Positions 23,713 through 35,687 of a DNA stretch of 64,000 nt are shown here, piece by piece. Source of the DNA: Oopsacas minuta (lineage: Eukaryota > Animalia > Porifera). Under the pieces are notes generated by a model. The model saw only the letters and a program-made list of their open reading frames with translations, ran no database searches and had not been told where the DNA came from. The translations under genes and the position numbers were made by a program. The stretch's first letter is position 1. Every line of letters begins with the position of its first letter. The stretch spans positions 1 to 64,000 of the forward strand of contig JAKMXF010000004.1 of the NCBI GenBank assembly GCA_024704765.1. Reading direction: 5' to 3'.

Positions 23713-24360
23713 GCTCATTGTTAGCGTGTGCGAACATCACTTTGCCCAATACATTACTTGTTTTGTGTGCTTTTTCAGATGACTGTTGCAACCCATTCAG
23801 AACTCATATAAAACCTATGTATTACATTATCAAAAGGTTTGTTTTTTTAGTATAATTCTAATTCATTTCATTCTTACTTGCTTAGGACAATGAAAGGAAA
23901 TTCTCTTGTAAGAATCTGTTATGTTAGGCGAGATCCTAGATAGGAAATGATTTTACAGTTCTACGAAGATGATGAATCAGGTGAAATGCCGGAGGACTTT
24001 ATGTTTGGCACAGATGCGGTATTGGTATAATCTTTCTGGAATATCATAAACTTATCTTTGAAAATACTAGGGATAATATATTATACATTAACATACGGAT
24101 TATATGCAGGTATCAACACAGATAAAATAATACTAATATTTAAATTTTCGTTTGAATCATTAGTATATGTAGTAAGTATATGACAAATGCCCGAAAATTG
24201 AAACTAGTTCATTACATAATTTATGTACTGCTTTCTTTGCCAGGCCAAAAAGACGTCATTATTATTCGTAAGAAGCAATACAAGCAAAATCGATAATGAT
24301 ACTAAAATTGAAGGAATTATTCCAACAATTTTTGACGAAATACCAGCAGGATCACACTGA
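23713..24360 (+). other. Candidate four-exon coding fragment, either a host gene tail or the N-terminus of a Transib-like transposase
   Basis: Exons about 23713-23836, 23886-23907, 23959-24018 and 24244-24360 have GT..AG boundaries. They join in one open frame: ..DDCCNPFRTHIKPMYYIIKR-TMKGNSL-FYEDDESGEMPEDFMFGTDA-AKKTSLL..IPAGSH*. Confidence 0.4.
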
Positions 24361-24559
24361 GGAAATATTTTAATAGTAGTGCGTGTTAATTGAGTAAACG
24401 ATAAGTATGTTTATGATTCATACATTTTTCGAAGGAAATCTACTATATTATGATAACGTGTTCGTATAATTCTTTCAACACTACCATTTGAATGGTATCA
24501 AATTTGAATCATATAAATAGATGTAATAATATCATCTAGATTCGAATTTGATTTCCAAA

Positions 24560-25478
24560 ATTCTACTCACTGCTTCCAAAATGGTGCTATAACCAAGTGC
24601 AAGCGGAACTCACTCAGTTTGTGTATGTTTCATTCATCAGAATGCAAAATTACCTAGTGGATGTCTCCGAATACAGGTTCAGATTTGATGGATTATATAG
24701 TTTGTTGTACATTCAACAGGAAATAGATGATCAGAGATACAGGCTGTCCAGAGCATGTATTGCCCTTCCTCCTGGTTTTTGGAAATTAAGTTTGTTACTT
24801 CATTAATACGGGTGCGAATTAATTATTTATAGCCTCGAACTGATTGATCTTTTGAGTACTTAGATTAACCAGCAGCAATCCTGTGAATAACATTTAAGAA
24901 CCAATCTAAGATTCTAATATAAGAATGCAATGGAGTAGCTGGGACCACCCTGATGATAATTGCAGGTTCGTATGTAATTCCACTTCTCTGAATAGAATTA
25001 TAACTCAAAACTTCTTTCCTCTGAAGTTAATTGAAGAATTGTTTCTATTTCAGCTAATTAACATTCCAATGGAAAACCGCATATTAAGTTTGCTATGTAG
25101 TAATATCTCTATGGTCTGATTTGCAAGCATTACATAGGGCACCACCCTATCCTCTCATCACTGACAATAATTTCCCATCGAAAGTAGAGGGTATAATATA
25201 CATATTAACTTGACCATTTGTGGAATCAAAAATAAATTTTGGTGAAGTTAACCAATTTCAGGGTTGATTAAGTTCCACAATTACTGATAAATATTCTCTA
25301 ATTTGACAAATTATTACGACTCGTTAATTGGAAAAGGCTGAAATTGGATGTCCATTTTCCGTTTACAAACCGATCCGTGAGAAAAAGCGGTGGCACTATG
25401 AAAATTTTGTGATGTGAGCAGTCAATATTCTGGTTAGCAAGTAGGATAGTGCAAGATGTTTTCCGGAACCATCTAGCC
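24560..25478 (-). pseudogene. Transib-like (RAG1-core-related) transposase remnant
   Basis: Minus-strand motifs LDGSGKH, TFDGKLLSVMRG*GGALCNAC, RSGITYEP, PLHSYIRILDWFL and FQKPGG occur in the expected order, with many stops. Not in the ORF track. Confidence 0.65.
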
Positions 25479-27764
25479 CAGGGGTCTTCAACCTTTTTCT
25501 TCTATGAGCCAAATATTAGTTTCGTATTAGATTGGCGAGCCGCATTAAAAGTTAAGGATCATGTATTCTATATATTAATATAGTACTGTATTATTATGAG
25601 TAATTTATCAGAGTAAAATATTAATGTGAAGGTTGGTACTGTTTTTGTTGTTGTATTAAGATGCCATCTATATTAGGTTTCATATCAGTCGATGAAATAC
25701 GAAGAACGTCTTGGAGGTGGTCATCAGTCAAATTAGTTCTATATTTATTCTTGATATATTTCATTTTAGAGAAAAATGCCTCGCAAGTGTAAGTGCTTCC
25801 AAATAAACTAGCTATCCTTCTTGCGTGTTTTAAAATAGCAGGATAGATATCTGAAGGAAGAGTTTTATAGAAACTAATTACTCCAACATTCTTGAAGTCT
25901 GCCTTGAGATCTATGCTAGACTGCAGGTCTATGAGTTCAAGTTGAAGCTCCTGTGGAGCATATTGCGGATCAAAACTGAAAGGCTGTGCAAAAATCTCGA
26001 AGCTTTGTTGTTGATTTCTAAAATCTCCAAATCGAGTATCAAAGTTTTCTTGGAGATTTGAAATAATTTCAGCATATTTGTTTCCATCGGCACTATCTTG
26101 TGACTTTAGTGCTGGAAAGTGAGAAAAATTGTTATTTTTAAGCTGTAACTTAAATAGAGCGAGTTTCATCTCAAAACTTCGAATTGTGGCATAAAGTTCA
26201 TGAATCAACTTGTTCTTTCCCTGAAGTGTGGAATTTAGAATATTTAGGTGTGTAGTCATATCTAGAAGGAAGGCAAAGTCGCTAATCCAATTTGTATCTT
26301 CGAATTCAAGAACTTTCTTGCCCTTTGAGGCTAAGAAACTTGATATTTCATCTCGTAATTCCCAAACTCTTTTAAGAACCACTCCTCTACTCAACCACCT
26401 AACACTTGTAAAATATAATACATCTCCGTAATCTGAATCGAGATCTTTCAAAAATTCTTTAAATTCTCTATGATTCACTCCTTTAGATCTGATAAAATTT
26501 ACAACGTCTACTATCAACTTCATAACATTTTCCAGTCCAAGTGTTTTCGCACATAGGGCCTCTTGATGAATAATACAGTGACACCATGATATTTCTGTCA
26601 CATTATTTTCTGTCAACCATCGTAGAACTTGACCTTTAAATCCTGTGCCTGTACTAAGCATTGATGGAGCTCCATCTGTTGAAATGCCAGATAACTTTAA
26701 GGCAGGAATGTTGTTTTCCGACACAATCTTAAGAAACTCTTCGAAAATATCAATGCCACGAGTTCTTCCATGCATAGAACGCAGAGACAGTAATTCCTCG
26801 GTAATGTTGAAGTTTTCATCAACGCCTCTTATCCAGATTGCCAATTGTTCAACATCACAAATATCTTTACTTCCATCAAGTGCCAAGCTACAGAACTAAA
26901 ACAACTTGTCTTTTCCAATAGTTGTGTATGAATATTTTTTGAAATTAATTCCACTCGACGCATTACTGTCGTAGCGCTCAAGGATACCTGCTGTATTAGT
27001 TGTTTTTTGTCTGGACAACATTGATCAGCGAATTCATTTAGACATTCCTTTATAAATTCACCATCCGTAAATGGTTTCATACGTTTCGCGATTATATTAC
27101 TGATAGCAAAGCTAACTGCTGTGATAGACTTAACCGAATTATCATTTTTTGAAAAGATTGATTGTTCACTCTTCAAGTTTCTTTTAAGATTGTCTAGTTT
27201 AGTCCTTCGTGATTCCCCAAGAATTCCCACAAAATTTGATTGGTGTTTGGTATTGTAATGCCTTTCAAAGTTTCCTTTTTTAGCGGAAGCTATTGTTTCA
27301 CGGCATATTAGACAAATGAACTTGCCACTGTCTTCCACGAAAAAATACTTTATTTCCCATTCTATCTTGAATGACCGATTTTCTTCTTGTATCTTCCGCT
27401 TTTTCGACGTAGAAGTAGCCATAGTGGATACGTAAATAATTAATGAATAATAAAAAATGTGTATTTGGAGAGTATTTGAAATCCGAAAATGAAATTGTAT
27501 ATTGTCAAATACTTCTGATTTATACTTGTATTTGTATTTGAATATTGACTGAAGACTTAAATTAATTACTGAAGACAACAAAGGTCTTCTATACACTTTA
27601 AACACCATCAAGGTTTCCAGAATTGGGAAACAAAAAAGTGCTAATATTTAAGTATATTCACAATATCTGTTGAATAAAATATAACAAATTTCAAAATTAA
27701 CAAAGTGAAGACAAAATAAACAAAAACAAGAATTATCCCGCGAGCCGCAGGTTGAAGACCCCTG
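25479..27764 (-). mobile_element. Buster/SPIN-group hAT transposon, near full length
   Basis: Perfect 15-bp TIR CAGGGGTCTTCAACC. The flanking 8-mers do not match (ATCTAGCC vs CATTATAC). Confidence 0.92.
25621..27422 (-). pseudogene. GTF2IRD2-like hAT transposase, about 600 aa, one frameshift near 26890
   Basis: MATSTSKKRK..CLIC..RHYNTKH, KPFTDGEFIKEC, LALDGSKD, STDGAPSM, HCIIHQEAL, VRWLSRG, FGSTYTCEAFFSKMK. Two track ORFs join at the frameshift. Confidence 0.92.
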
Positions 27765-28037
27765 CATTATACCCCCAATAACACAGTATTGTTCTATGGC
27801 AGAAGAATTCAATATTACAAGAAAGTGAATTTAAGGGAATTAGATCAAATAGTTGTGTTGAGTAATATTAATATTTATGCAAAATACCTCTAGATTTGAT
27901 AGCAAGACAATAACAACAAAATGAACGGATAAACAAATTATAACAACAGTTAGTACAGTTACGTTACAAGGTAGGACAAATTTTTGAGATTGTTAAAACA
28001 TGTGTGCGTGTGTGTGTATTTGGAGTCTGTTATAATG

Positions 28038-29367
28038 TAACAGGCGTTCGAAAGATTCCCAACCTTGGTCATAGGACCTTAAACTATGAGATATTATATT
28101 ACATATCTGTATTTATAATGAACCTTGTTCAATTATCTATTCAGAACTACTTTACCTTTACAATATCGTCAATAGTTTTCTAGTTAGGGTCATATCAAAT
28201 TTCTCAATTTTGCCAATCCTTGTATTTTCAAGTATTTCGGGCTTCAAATTTGAAATTTGAGCAAAGATCCTATATCAAAATTCGCATGCTTCTTGGTACT
28301 GGCCCGAAGGATAGTATTATTGACTTGGAAGTCGTTTACGGAGATGCTAGCCTTTCATATAATACTGTGAAGGAGTGTGCCAAGCGGTTTCGTGAAAGAC
28401 GAGAGTCACTGGAAGATGAGGAACGAATCGGGCGTCCCAGATCCGCTGTCACTAGCATAACACCTCTGAAATTCGCTGAAGAGTGGAAGAAGATCCTCAT
28501 AACAGTGTTAAGGAGTTAGCTATTAGTGTAGGGAGCTCAACGGGGACTCTTCATTCCATATCGATGAGCTTAGAGTTACCGAAATTTGTTCGAGGTGGAT
28601 CCCGCATTCCTTTGCAGAGGACCAAAAGGACCGTCGGGTAACTTGTGTAGAAAAATGCTCTCCGAGTATAAAGAATCGGATCCAAGAAGGCTAGCAGAAA
28701 TCATTACTGGTGACGAAACTTGGATAAGATACGATGAGCCACTATCCAAGGAAAGAAATAAGGTATGGGTCGTAAAAGGTGAGGTGCCTCCTCTCAATCC
28801 TAGGCCGGACTTCAGAGATCAGGAGGTCCGGTACTCAATTTTCTTTGATGCACATGGCCCAGTTGCTGAGATTATAATACCAAAAGAGGGAAGACAATTA
28901 CTGGGGACTTTTATGCCAACAGTTGCCTCTCAGAAGTGGAAAAACATTACTGGGAGCGGAGGCCAAAGTCTGGAGCGCGGGGCATGCGATTATTACACGA
29001 TATGCATGTCCACATAAAATTAAGTTCGTAAAGTTAGAGTTGGATAGAATGAGAGTTGTGTGTTAGATCACCCGCCCTACTCACCTGACCTCGTTCCTTG
29101 TGGTTTCTGGCTCTTTGCAAAGTTGAAAAAGGATCTTGCAGGCAGGCATTTTGATACCAGAATCGAACTAGGGAACGCAATTTGGAGATCCTTAAAAGAC
29201 ATCCCGCTCGGGGACTAGAAGTATGTATAATTTATATGGCTATACCGTCTACAACGAATAATAGACGTTAATGGTGATTATTTCGAGAAAATATACAATT
29301 TTACATGCATATTCTGTATAGTTACAAAAATATGGGGTAGGGTTGGAAACCTTTTGAACGCCCGTTG
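28038..29367 (+). mobile_element. DD34D mariner element, multiply frameshifted
   Basis: 27-bp TIRs (22/27 match to CAACGGGCGTTCAAAAGGTTTCCAACC). Motifs EQRSYIKIR, ESLEDEERIGRP, RWIPH, IITGDETW, LHD(N)ACPH and HPPYSPDL. Confidence 0.9.
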
Positions 29368-31519
29368 TATATATCTTAAAGATTTCCTAAACAGGGTGAT
29401 GTTCCTCGTTTATGCCAGCTTATTGACCAGGTAGTTATACTAAACTTCAACCCTGATTCTAATCAATATTCTTGCTAATTTTAACTTTGAATCTGGATTT
29501 TTGGATATTTTCATACCCAACTCTTATTTTATGCAATTTTTATTTTGAATATCATATTATAAGCAGTTAATATTTTTAAAGTAAGCACTCCTCCACATGA
29601 AGTGGATGTAGCTAGCATCAAATAGTTCAAGGTAATAGTAATATCGATGATATGACAACTTCACTATGGTTATATATATTACTTTGTTCGTTTGGATAAA
29701 TTGCTTATCCATCTAGTGTAGTCATCTTGTTGTACATAAGTGGCTAGCCAATTAGAGCCAACTGATGGTATTTGTAAACAAATTAGGCCGATACACATCA
29801 AACGTATACATGTGAATATGAGACAATCAACTGACTTCCCAATTAATTGAATATAGTTTATCACCATGCAAGCGATTTATCTTTACGATAATCATATGAT
29901 GTAGGTATAATAGATTATTCAAATAATGAATTTTCTAGAAATTTTAGCATACATATTTGGACGATTTACTAAGATCAATAACATCCGACAAAATGAATCA
30001 ATTAATAGCTAAGAAATATTCACAAAACATACGAATACATCACGGATTTATGTTAAACTTGTAAGAATTATCTATACTATCATAACGCTATAATTCTATC
30101 TATATAACTATATATTTTATGTATACCGTATTTCCCTGAATAAGCGCCGGGACTTATTCTGTTGGTACCAGTTTTATACAATTTACAATTTTTTGACAAT
30201 ACCAGGAATTTTGGGAAATTATTTATCCCAATTTGATGAAAGTCAAATGAGGCTTTAATTTCATCAAAATATTTTCTAGATTTTCTTCACAAGTCATGGA
30301 GCCTATTTCAAGTCCCTGACTCTTATATATGCCCTGGCGAATATTTAGGGAATACGATATATGTTTATATTTTCGGAATTGATTACAGAACTTAGAAGAC
30401 CTTATTGCTGATTTTGGCATACATTTGTATTTTTGGCCTAGTTCGGACAATTTCAAGTCTTGGACAAAAATTCACACATATGACGTAAATTATGACGTAT
30501 TTTAATTGGTTTTCGGAATATCTCATTATTAGCTACGACTCCTTAAATATTCATTTCGCTAATTTCATCACAGGCACCCATTAATACCTGTCTCTTATAC
30601 ACATCAAAATGCCATCATGACCATACAATAAATATTTTTTCCGAAATGTAAATTTTTGAGAATTTCGTAATACTCTATGCAGGAAGTACCCACATTACCA
30701 ACCAAAATACAAGTAGCAGCTCCATTGTTACTCCAAAAGGCCATTAATTATTATTCGTTTCTCCCATGGATGATGATAATATCTTTAGAATTTCGCTATT
30801 TCCCACACTATGGGCACGAAGTGCCGAGTATACCTTTCGCATAGCAACCAGATGCATTAAGAAATATATCTAACTGAAACTGAAGCAAACCTGATGCACT
30901 CATCCGCCAGCGACCTAGCAAGCCAAGCAAGCTAATATATCTAGATGTTATTTTTGAATGAAGAACGGTACAGGCTCGATTTGTCACAAATCTGTGAACA
31001 GAAAGAAATCAGGTACAGTGGATCTATGCGAATATCATATCTCTCGTGCATGAGTGATTTATCCCATTGTGCTGGTTATTCTATAATCTGAAAGTAAGTC
31101 TACCGTTAAATGTCATACTTTTCGTGCGAATGTCACATTTCCGGATATTTTGGGGATCTTATTTGTGCACGTAGTATGTATGTACTTGCTATGTATGTGT
31201 TAGGTACTAAAGGGCCAAACATGTGGACACAACTACAGTAAAGTCTCATTAATACGTACACAGTTAGTCTTACCCGAACTATTTTACATGAAAATGCATT
31301 GAAGGGGATTGATAAAGTGTACAAATATGTACTCCTTATCCCGAGACGTCTTAACCATGTTCATATTCATACTCCCTTGTTTATGTAAACGAGTTGGTTC
31401 ACACTATTCACTTATGATCAATATTTTCACAAAGCCCGTTTATTAACAGTGGGCTTAAGAACCTTTGAGCTTCGCCCCATGCCTGGTATAAATAACCTGT
31501 ATCTTAAAAATTCTGGTTG

Positions 31520-32053
31520 CAGTACCGGTACTGGAAGGGAGCATTGTAAATTACCTTTACTGGAATCTGGGAAGTTTTCCATATAGTACCGGTAGGACTA
31601 TTGGTTTACTTCCAAATCAGCAACAGGATATTTAATCAAAACAGCTGAGCAACATCTAGGAAGTAGTGACATACCTGGCCATGTGGAAGTGCAAAATTGA
31701 CACTCAACTAATGTAAAATTGTGAACTATAAGAGATTGTTGAAACACCTACAAATACCAATTTGAAGCAATATTAGATACATTGCTGGCACAAAAGATAA
31801 GGCGATGAGGGTATTTGAAACAAAGATATTTAGATTATTAAGGTATAATTTTTCCACTACACCATTAAAACACAAATCGTCAGCCACTAAATGCGAAAAA
31901 CAGCTCCTATTTAGATTCAAATAGCTAGGAAAACACAATACAACAATAAGGAGGCACTATCAATAAAGATGCAAAAGCAAAATACACACACCATGAATCA
32001 CAGTCACAGGTACAGCAAGAAGGTGAATTCAAACGATCCCTGTACCGGTACTG
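31520..32053. mobile_element. Small MITE with CAGTACCGGTAC termini
   Basis: 12-bp perfect inverted termini, with TA on the right flank and TG on the left. Confidence 0.55.
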
Positions 32054-33239
32054 TAGCCACCCTCTATTAAGAATGTATTTCATGTATACTTATTATGTAA
32101 ATCAAACCTTCAGTGTTTCTTCATGACCTCTGTGATCACAATTATCTTATCAAGGTATTTTTATTATTGGCAGGGCCCCATATAATGATTAACTGGGACT
32201 GTGCCTAGGGCACCGAAATCAGTATTGCTGTCCCTGAGTGACGCAGTAAAGAATATATTACAATACAATAGATTTGCAACTAGACTTTAGTATTTTTAAT
32301 GGAGACAATTTCGATATTTACACTCTAGTATCTACAAGCCGAATGATGGCAATTCGTCGCCATTTATGACTTCGCTATTGGTCTTTGCTTCATAAGAGTT
32401 ATTGATTGTGGTTATGAAAATGAAATTGTTCATATCCTACTCTTAAAGGTTTTGCATATTCGGCTGATTAGTATGTTGTTTATTGTCACATGATCACAAA
32501 AATGTTATCTAAATCAGTCAACAATTGGAATTTTATAAAGTCTTATTACCAAGAAATTAAGGTTACTTCCTTAACTTCTACTTTTTTGATTGATAGGATT
32601 CCGAGTGAAAGAAACAAAGATGAAGCCAGCATTCAAGGTATATTTATACTTTGAATAGAAAATCTCACGATATCGAATACTGGTGTATGACAACTGCGGA
32701 ATCTGTTTTGGGAGGCTACACACAAGTACTAATCAAGTGGTCAAATCTACATATCCTTCAATAATACCAAGTGAGCATTCACATAGTTCTGATATAACTC
32801 GTGTCGTATCCTTCAATTTAGAGGAAATTGTGCTCGCTTAGAATTAAGTAGAAAGCTTTCTCCAAAGTGTACTACTATATCCTTATACGTGTTATTATCA
32901 CATATACGTATGTACATGTACACACAACGAAAGTATTTATCAAAATGATTAAGTTGCTCTAATAGCAAGTTCGCTTTTTGCCAAGCTTTCTCATGCAAAA
33001 CCCGACCTGCTAATAAGCCAACTCCACTGTATATCCATCTAATTGTGAATGAATGGTGTAGAGTTGGAAGAAATTTTCTAGAACAACTTTAAGTGTACCA
33101 TCACATTCTTTAAGTACAGATCAAGACCTTGAAGTCCAAAAGAGAATCATTCGTGATTACCACCTTCCCCTGAATCAAGTAATAGGAAACTTTCAACATT
33201 GAGTGCAAATTTAAATCGCAATTTACGCCATTCTGACAC

Positions 33240-33418
33240 TAAAAACACTTGCTAACAAGCGAATCTTGATAATATGCGAACTTGCTAATATGCGAACTTG
33301 CTAATAAGCCAACTTGTTTATACATAAATACCCATACTTCTGCTCCGTGCAGTGAAAAAACTTGCTAATAAGCGAATCTTGTTAATAAGGCAATTACTAA
33401 TAGACGAGCTCTACTGTA
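33240..33418. repeat. Tigger-like MITE end with CTTGCTAATA(A/T)GCGAA subterminal repeats
   Basis: About six copies of the motif, ending GAGCTCTACTG|TA. Confidence 0.45.
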
Positions 33419-34001
33419 TATCCTTTGCGTGGATGCTCTGTTTCAGGGTAAGATTGAAAAGACTTATGAAACAATCTCTCTAAACTGCTCCAACTAGAGT
33501 CCGAATTAAATCTTATAACCATAATGATCGATATCGAAAAGTCCGCGATGAATGCATCGGAAAGTACTTTCCTTGCATGTGCCTATGGATGTTTCTTCTA
33601 CTGAACACAAAGCATTTATCGGAGAATACAAGTGATGGATTAGCTACCTTGTATCAACAAGAAAGTGATTTCTCTTTGATGCTGAAGATGCACTCAAAAT
33701 CAAGTTTAGAACGTGAACAAAGAATAAATAACATCGTCATCAACTATGATAATCGCGAAACTATGGAATATCTTCGACTGCTAACATATACTTCTCCATA
33801 ATTCAATAAATCAATTCAAATGATCAAAATATTGCTATACACTTCATTAATTACAAGCAATCTACGCATGTACGCGTTACGAGGTGCGAACATTTCGTGT
33901 TCGCATCCGCACTAATACTCAGATAGCCCAATCTACTGCACTTAATAGGTGCCCTTACCAGCACCCCACGTTATGAATGCTAGTATCGATAATACAAATA
34001 T

Positions 34002-34055
34002 AATGAAACGGAGCGCAGTTGGAAAGAACCCGCTTCAACTGCGCTCCGTTTCATT
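34002..34055. other. Isolated perfect 20-bp hairpin with a 14-nt loop
   Basis: AATGAAACGGAGCGCAGTTG (34002-34021) and CAACTGCGCTCCGTTTCATT (34036-34055). Confidence 0.9.
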
Positions 34056-35298
34056 TTCGGAAGCGGGAACTGAGTGGGCTCATGTTACCAGATGTTCTTC
34101 ATTTATTAACGGACATATATATTGAAATTCTAAGTGGAGCAGTGTGAATCTGTATAACTATTTATTCGTACTCACAACTAGTACTCATATGACATACTAG
34201 TACTAGTTTAGGAAGCAAATACATACGACGGATGTACATGTTACCCAAACTCGATTATCCGGACTCATTGAGACCGAAAGAATGGTTAAAAAAAGCTAAA
34301 TCCTCGTTGTTGATTATTATAAAAGTATAAAGTGAAATTGACCAACAAGTAAGGATAATCAGGATCGATCACTATTGTTAAGGTTGCAACAATGGTAGCC
34401 CATTGATCAATTAGTCAGATTGGTTATGGGTAAACACAACGATGACCCTGCGTCATGGTTGAAATATTTAAGAACAAGGTAAATCAGAAATAATTAGGCA
34501 GTACCATTACTGACATAATTATTTAATCATGATTTGGCAATAATTGACAATATTAAACTGTAGATTTCTGGTCCACCTTATAGCAAAGTTCATTTAAGTA
34601 ACTTATTTGATCAGAAAACTCATATTGCTTAAATATGCTAGAAATCGGTGCTTCAAATCAAATTTTGGAGCTTCCGCTAAATTTATATAATCCAACGATC
34701 TAATATTGTGACCTTGTGATTAGTGTCCAGCTAAATACCACTGCTCAAACGTTTTGCGAAATTTACGCCATTTTATTGTAGGTTCTTTTGTGGGCAAATA
34801 TATTAATTCCTAGTACCTCCAACATAATTAGTGTATTTTGGTCTGACTTACAAATGCTGTTAAACATCTTTTGATATGTGCCATCACATTTCCTAAATAT
34901 GAGGACTCATCAAGACCACTTTTACAAATCGAAACGACGTTTGCGCTGAGAATACTTCACGAATCAGTATGTAAATCTGATCAGTTATTCAAGAAGAACT
35001 GTTCACCAATTAAATTGAATATCTTAATCAAATCCGACATATACTGAATTTGATACGATGTACATTTAGACATCATAAGTAATTAACAAAATTGCTGTGG
35101 CGCTTTATAGCGCCAGCAAAAGATTTTGTGGCACATTTTGTATGAATCTACAGTATCATTATGCCCATTATGGTTGTTTTGTTCCACAAATATATTTGCA
35201 CAATTCCCTGGGGGCCAAATTGGCAGTTTTGGGCTAGTCCATGATACATTCCATTAGCTACTATTTGTTAGTACTATATATTTTGATATAGCTGAGAG

Positions 35299-35687
35299 AT
35301 GAATGGGTCTCGTGTACGAATATTTACTCAAACTCCTAAGAAGTACAACATTATGAAGATTAGTCCGCCTATTGATCTGAAAATCCAGACTTGGTTCAAA
35401 CCAATGTTATATCGTGATATCACTTTATCAGAATCTAATACTGCTAATAAAATGAATACTTGGAGAAAGAAGAAAAGTTACACATCTTTTAATCGGTCCA
35501 GTAAATCAAATACTCCTTTAATTCTTACTGAAAGAACTTCATTTGGTAAAAATAATAACAAGTTCATAGGACGCAAGGAATCCTTTAACCAGAATTCAAA
35601 TTACTATATATTAGGAAGGAATGACCATGGCTATGAAGCTTTTCCTGTTTTTGATTGGTATAATTTTACAAGAGGTGTCAATTTTAG
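35299..35687 (+). CDS. GTF2F1: First coding exon of general transcription factor IIF subunit 1 (RAP74/TFIIF-alpha); downstream exons not found
   Basis: RVRIFTQTPKKYNIM..TW..L.RD resembles VRVPKNTTKKYNIM..TW..LERD. KFIGRKE..NSNYYIL..GYEAFPVFDWYNFT resembles KFKGIKKG..NTSYYIF..AFEAFPVHNWYNFT. The ORF ends at a donor-like AG|GTAAAT (35688). Confidence 0.8.

Noticed and set aside
23713-24360. RAG2-like partner gene (ProtoRAG-type element)
   Set aside because: No kelch repeats or PHD finger are visible and no RSS-like TIRs were found. Kept only as a low-probability note in the findings.
24597-24806. 69-aa plus-strand ORF
   Set aside because: Antisense to the Transib-like remnant.
30908-30923. 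16-bp exact match CAGCGACCTAGCAAGC with 55863-55878
   Set aside because: The flanks do not extend, and the match is close to chance expectation for 64 kb.
33560-33801. Possible MULE C-terminal tail (RINNIVINYDNRETMEYLR)
   Set aside because: A single short motif with no supporting upstream motifs.
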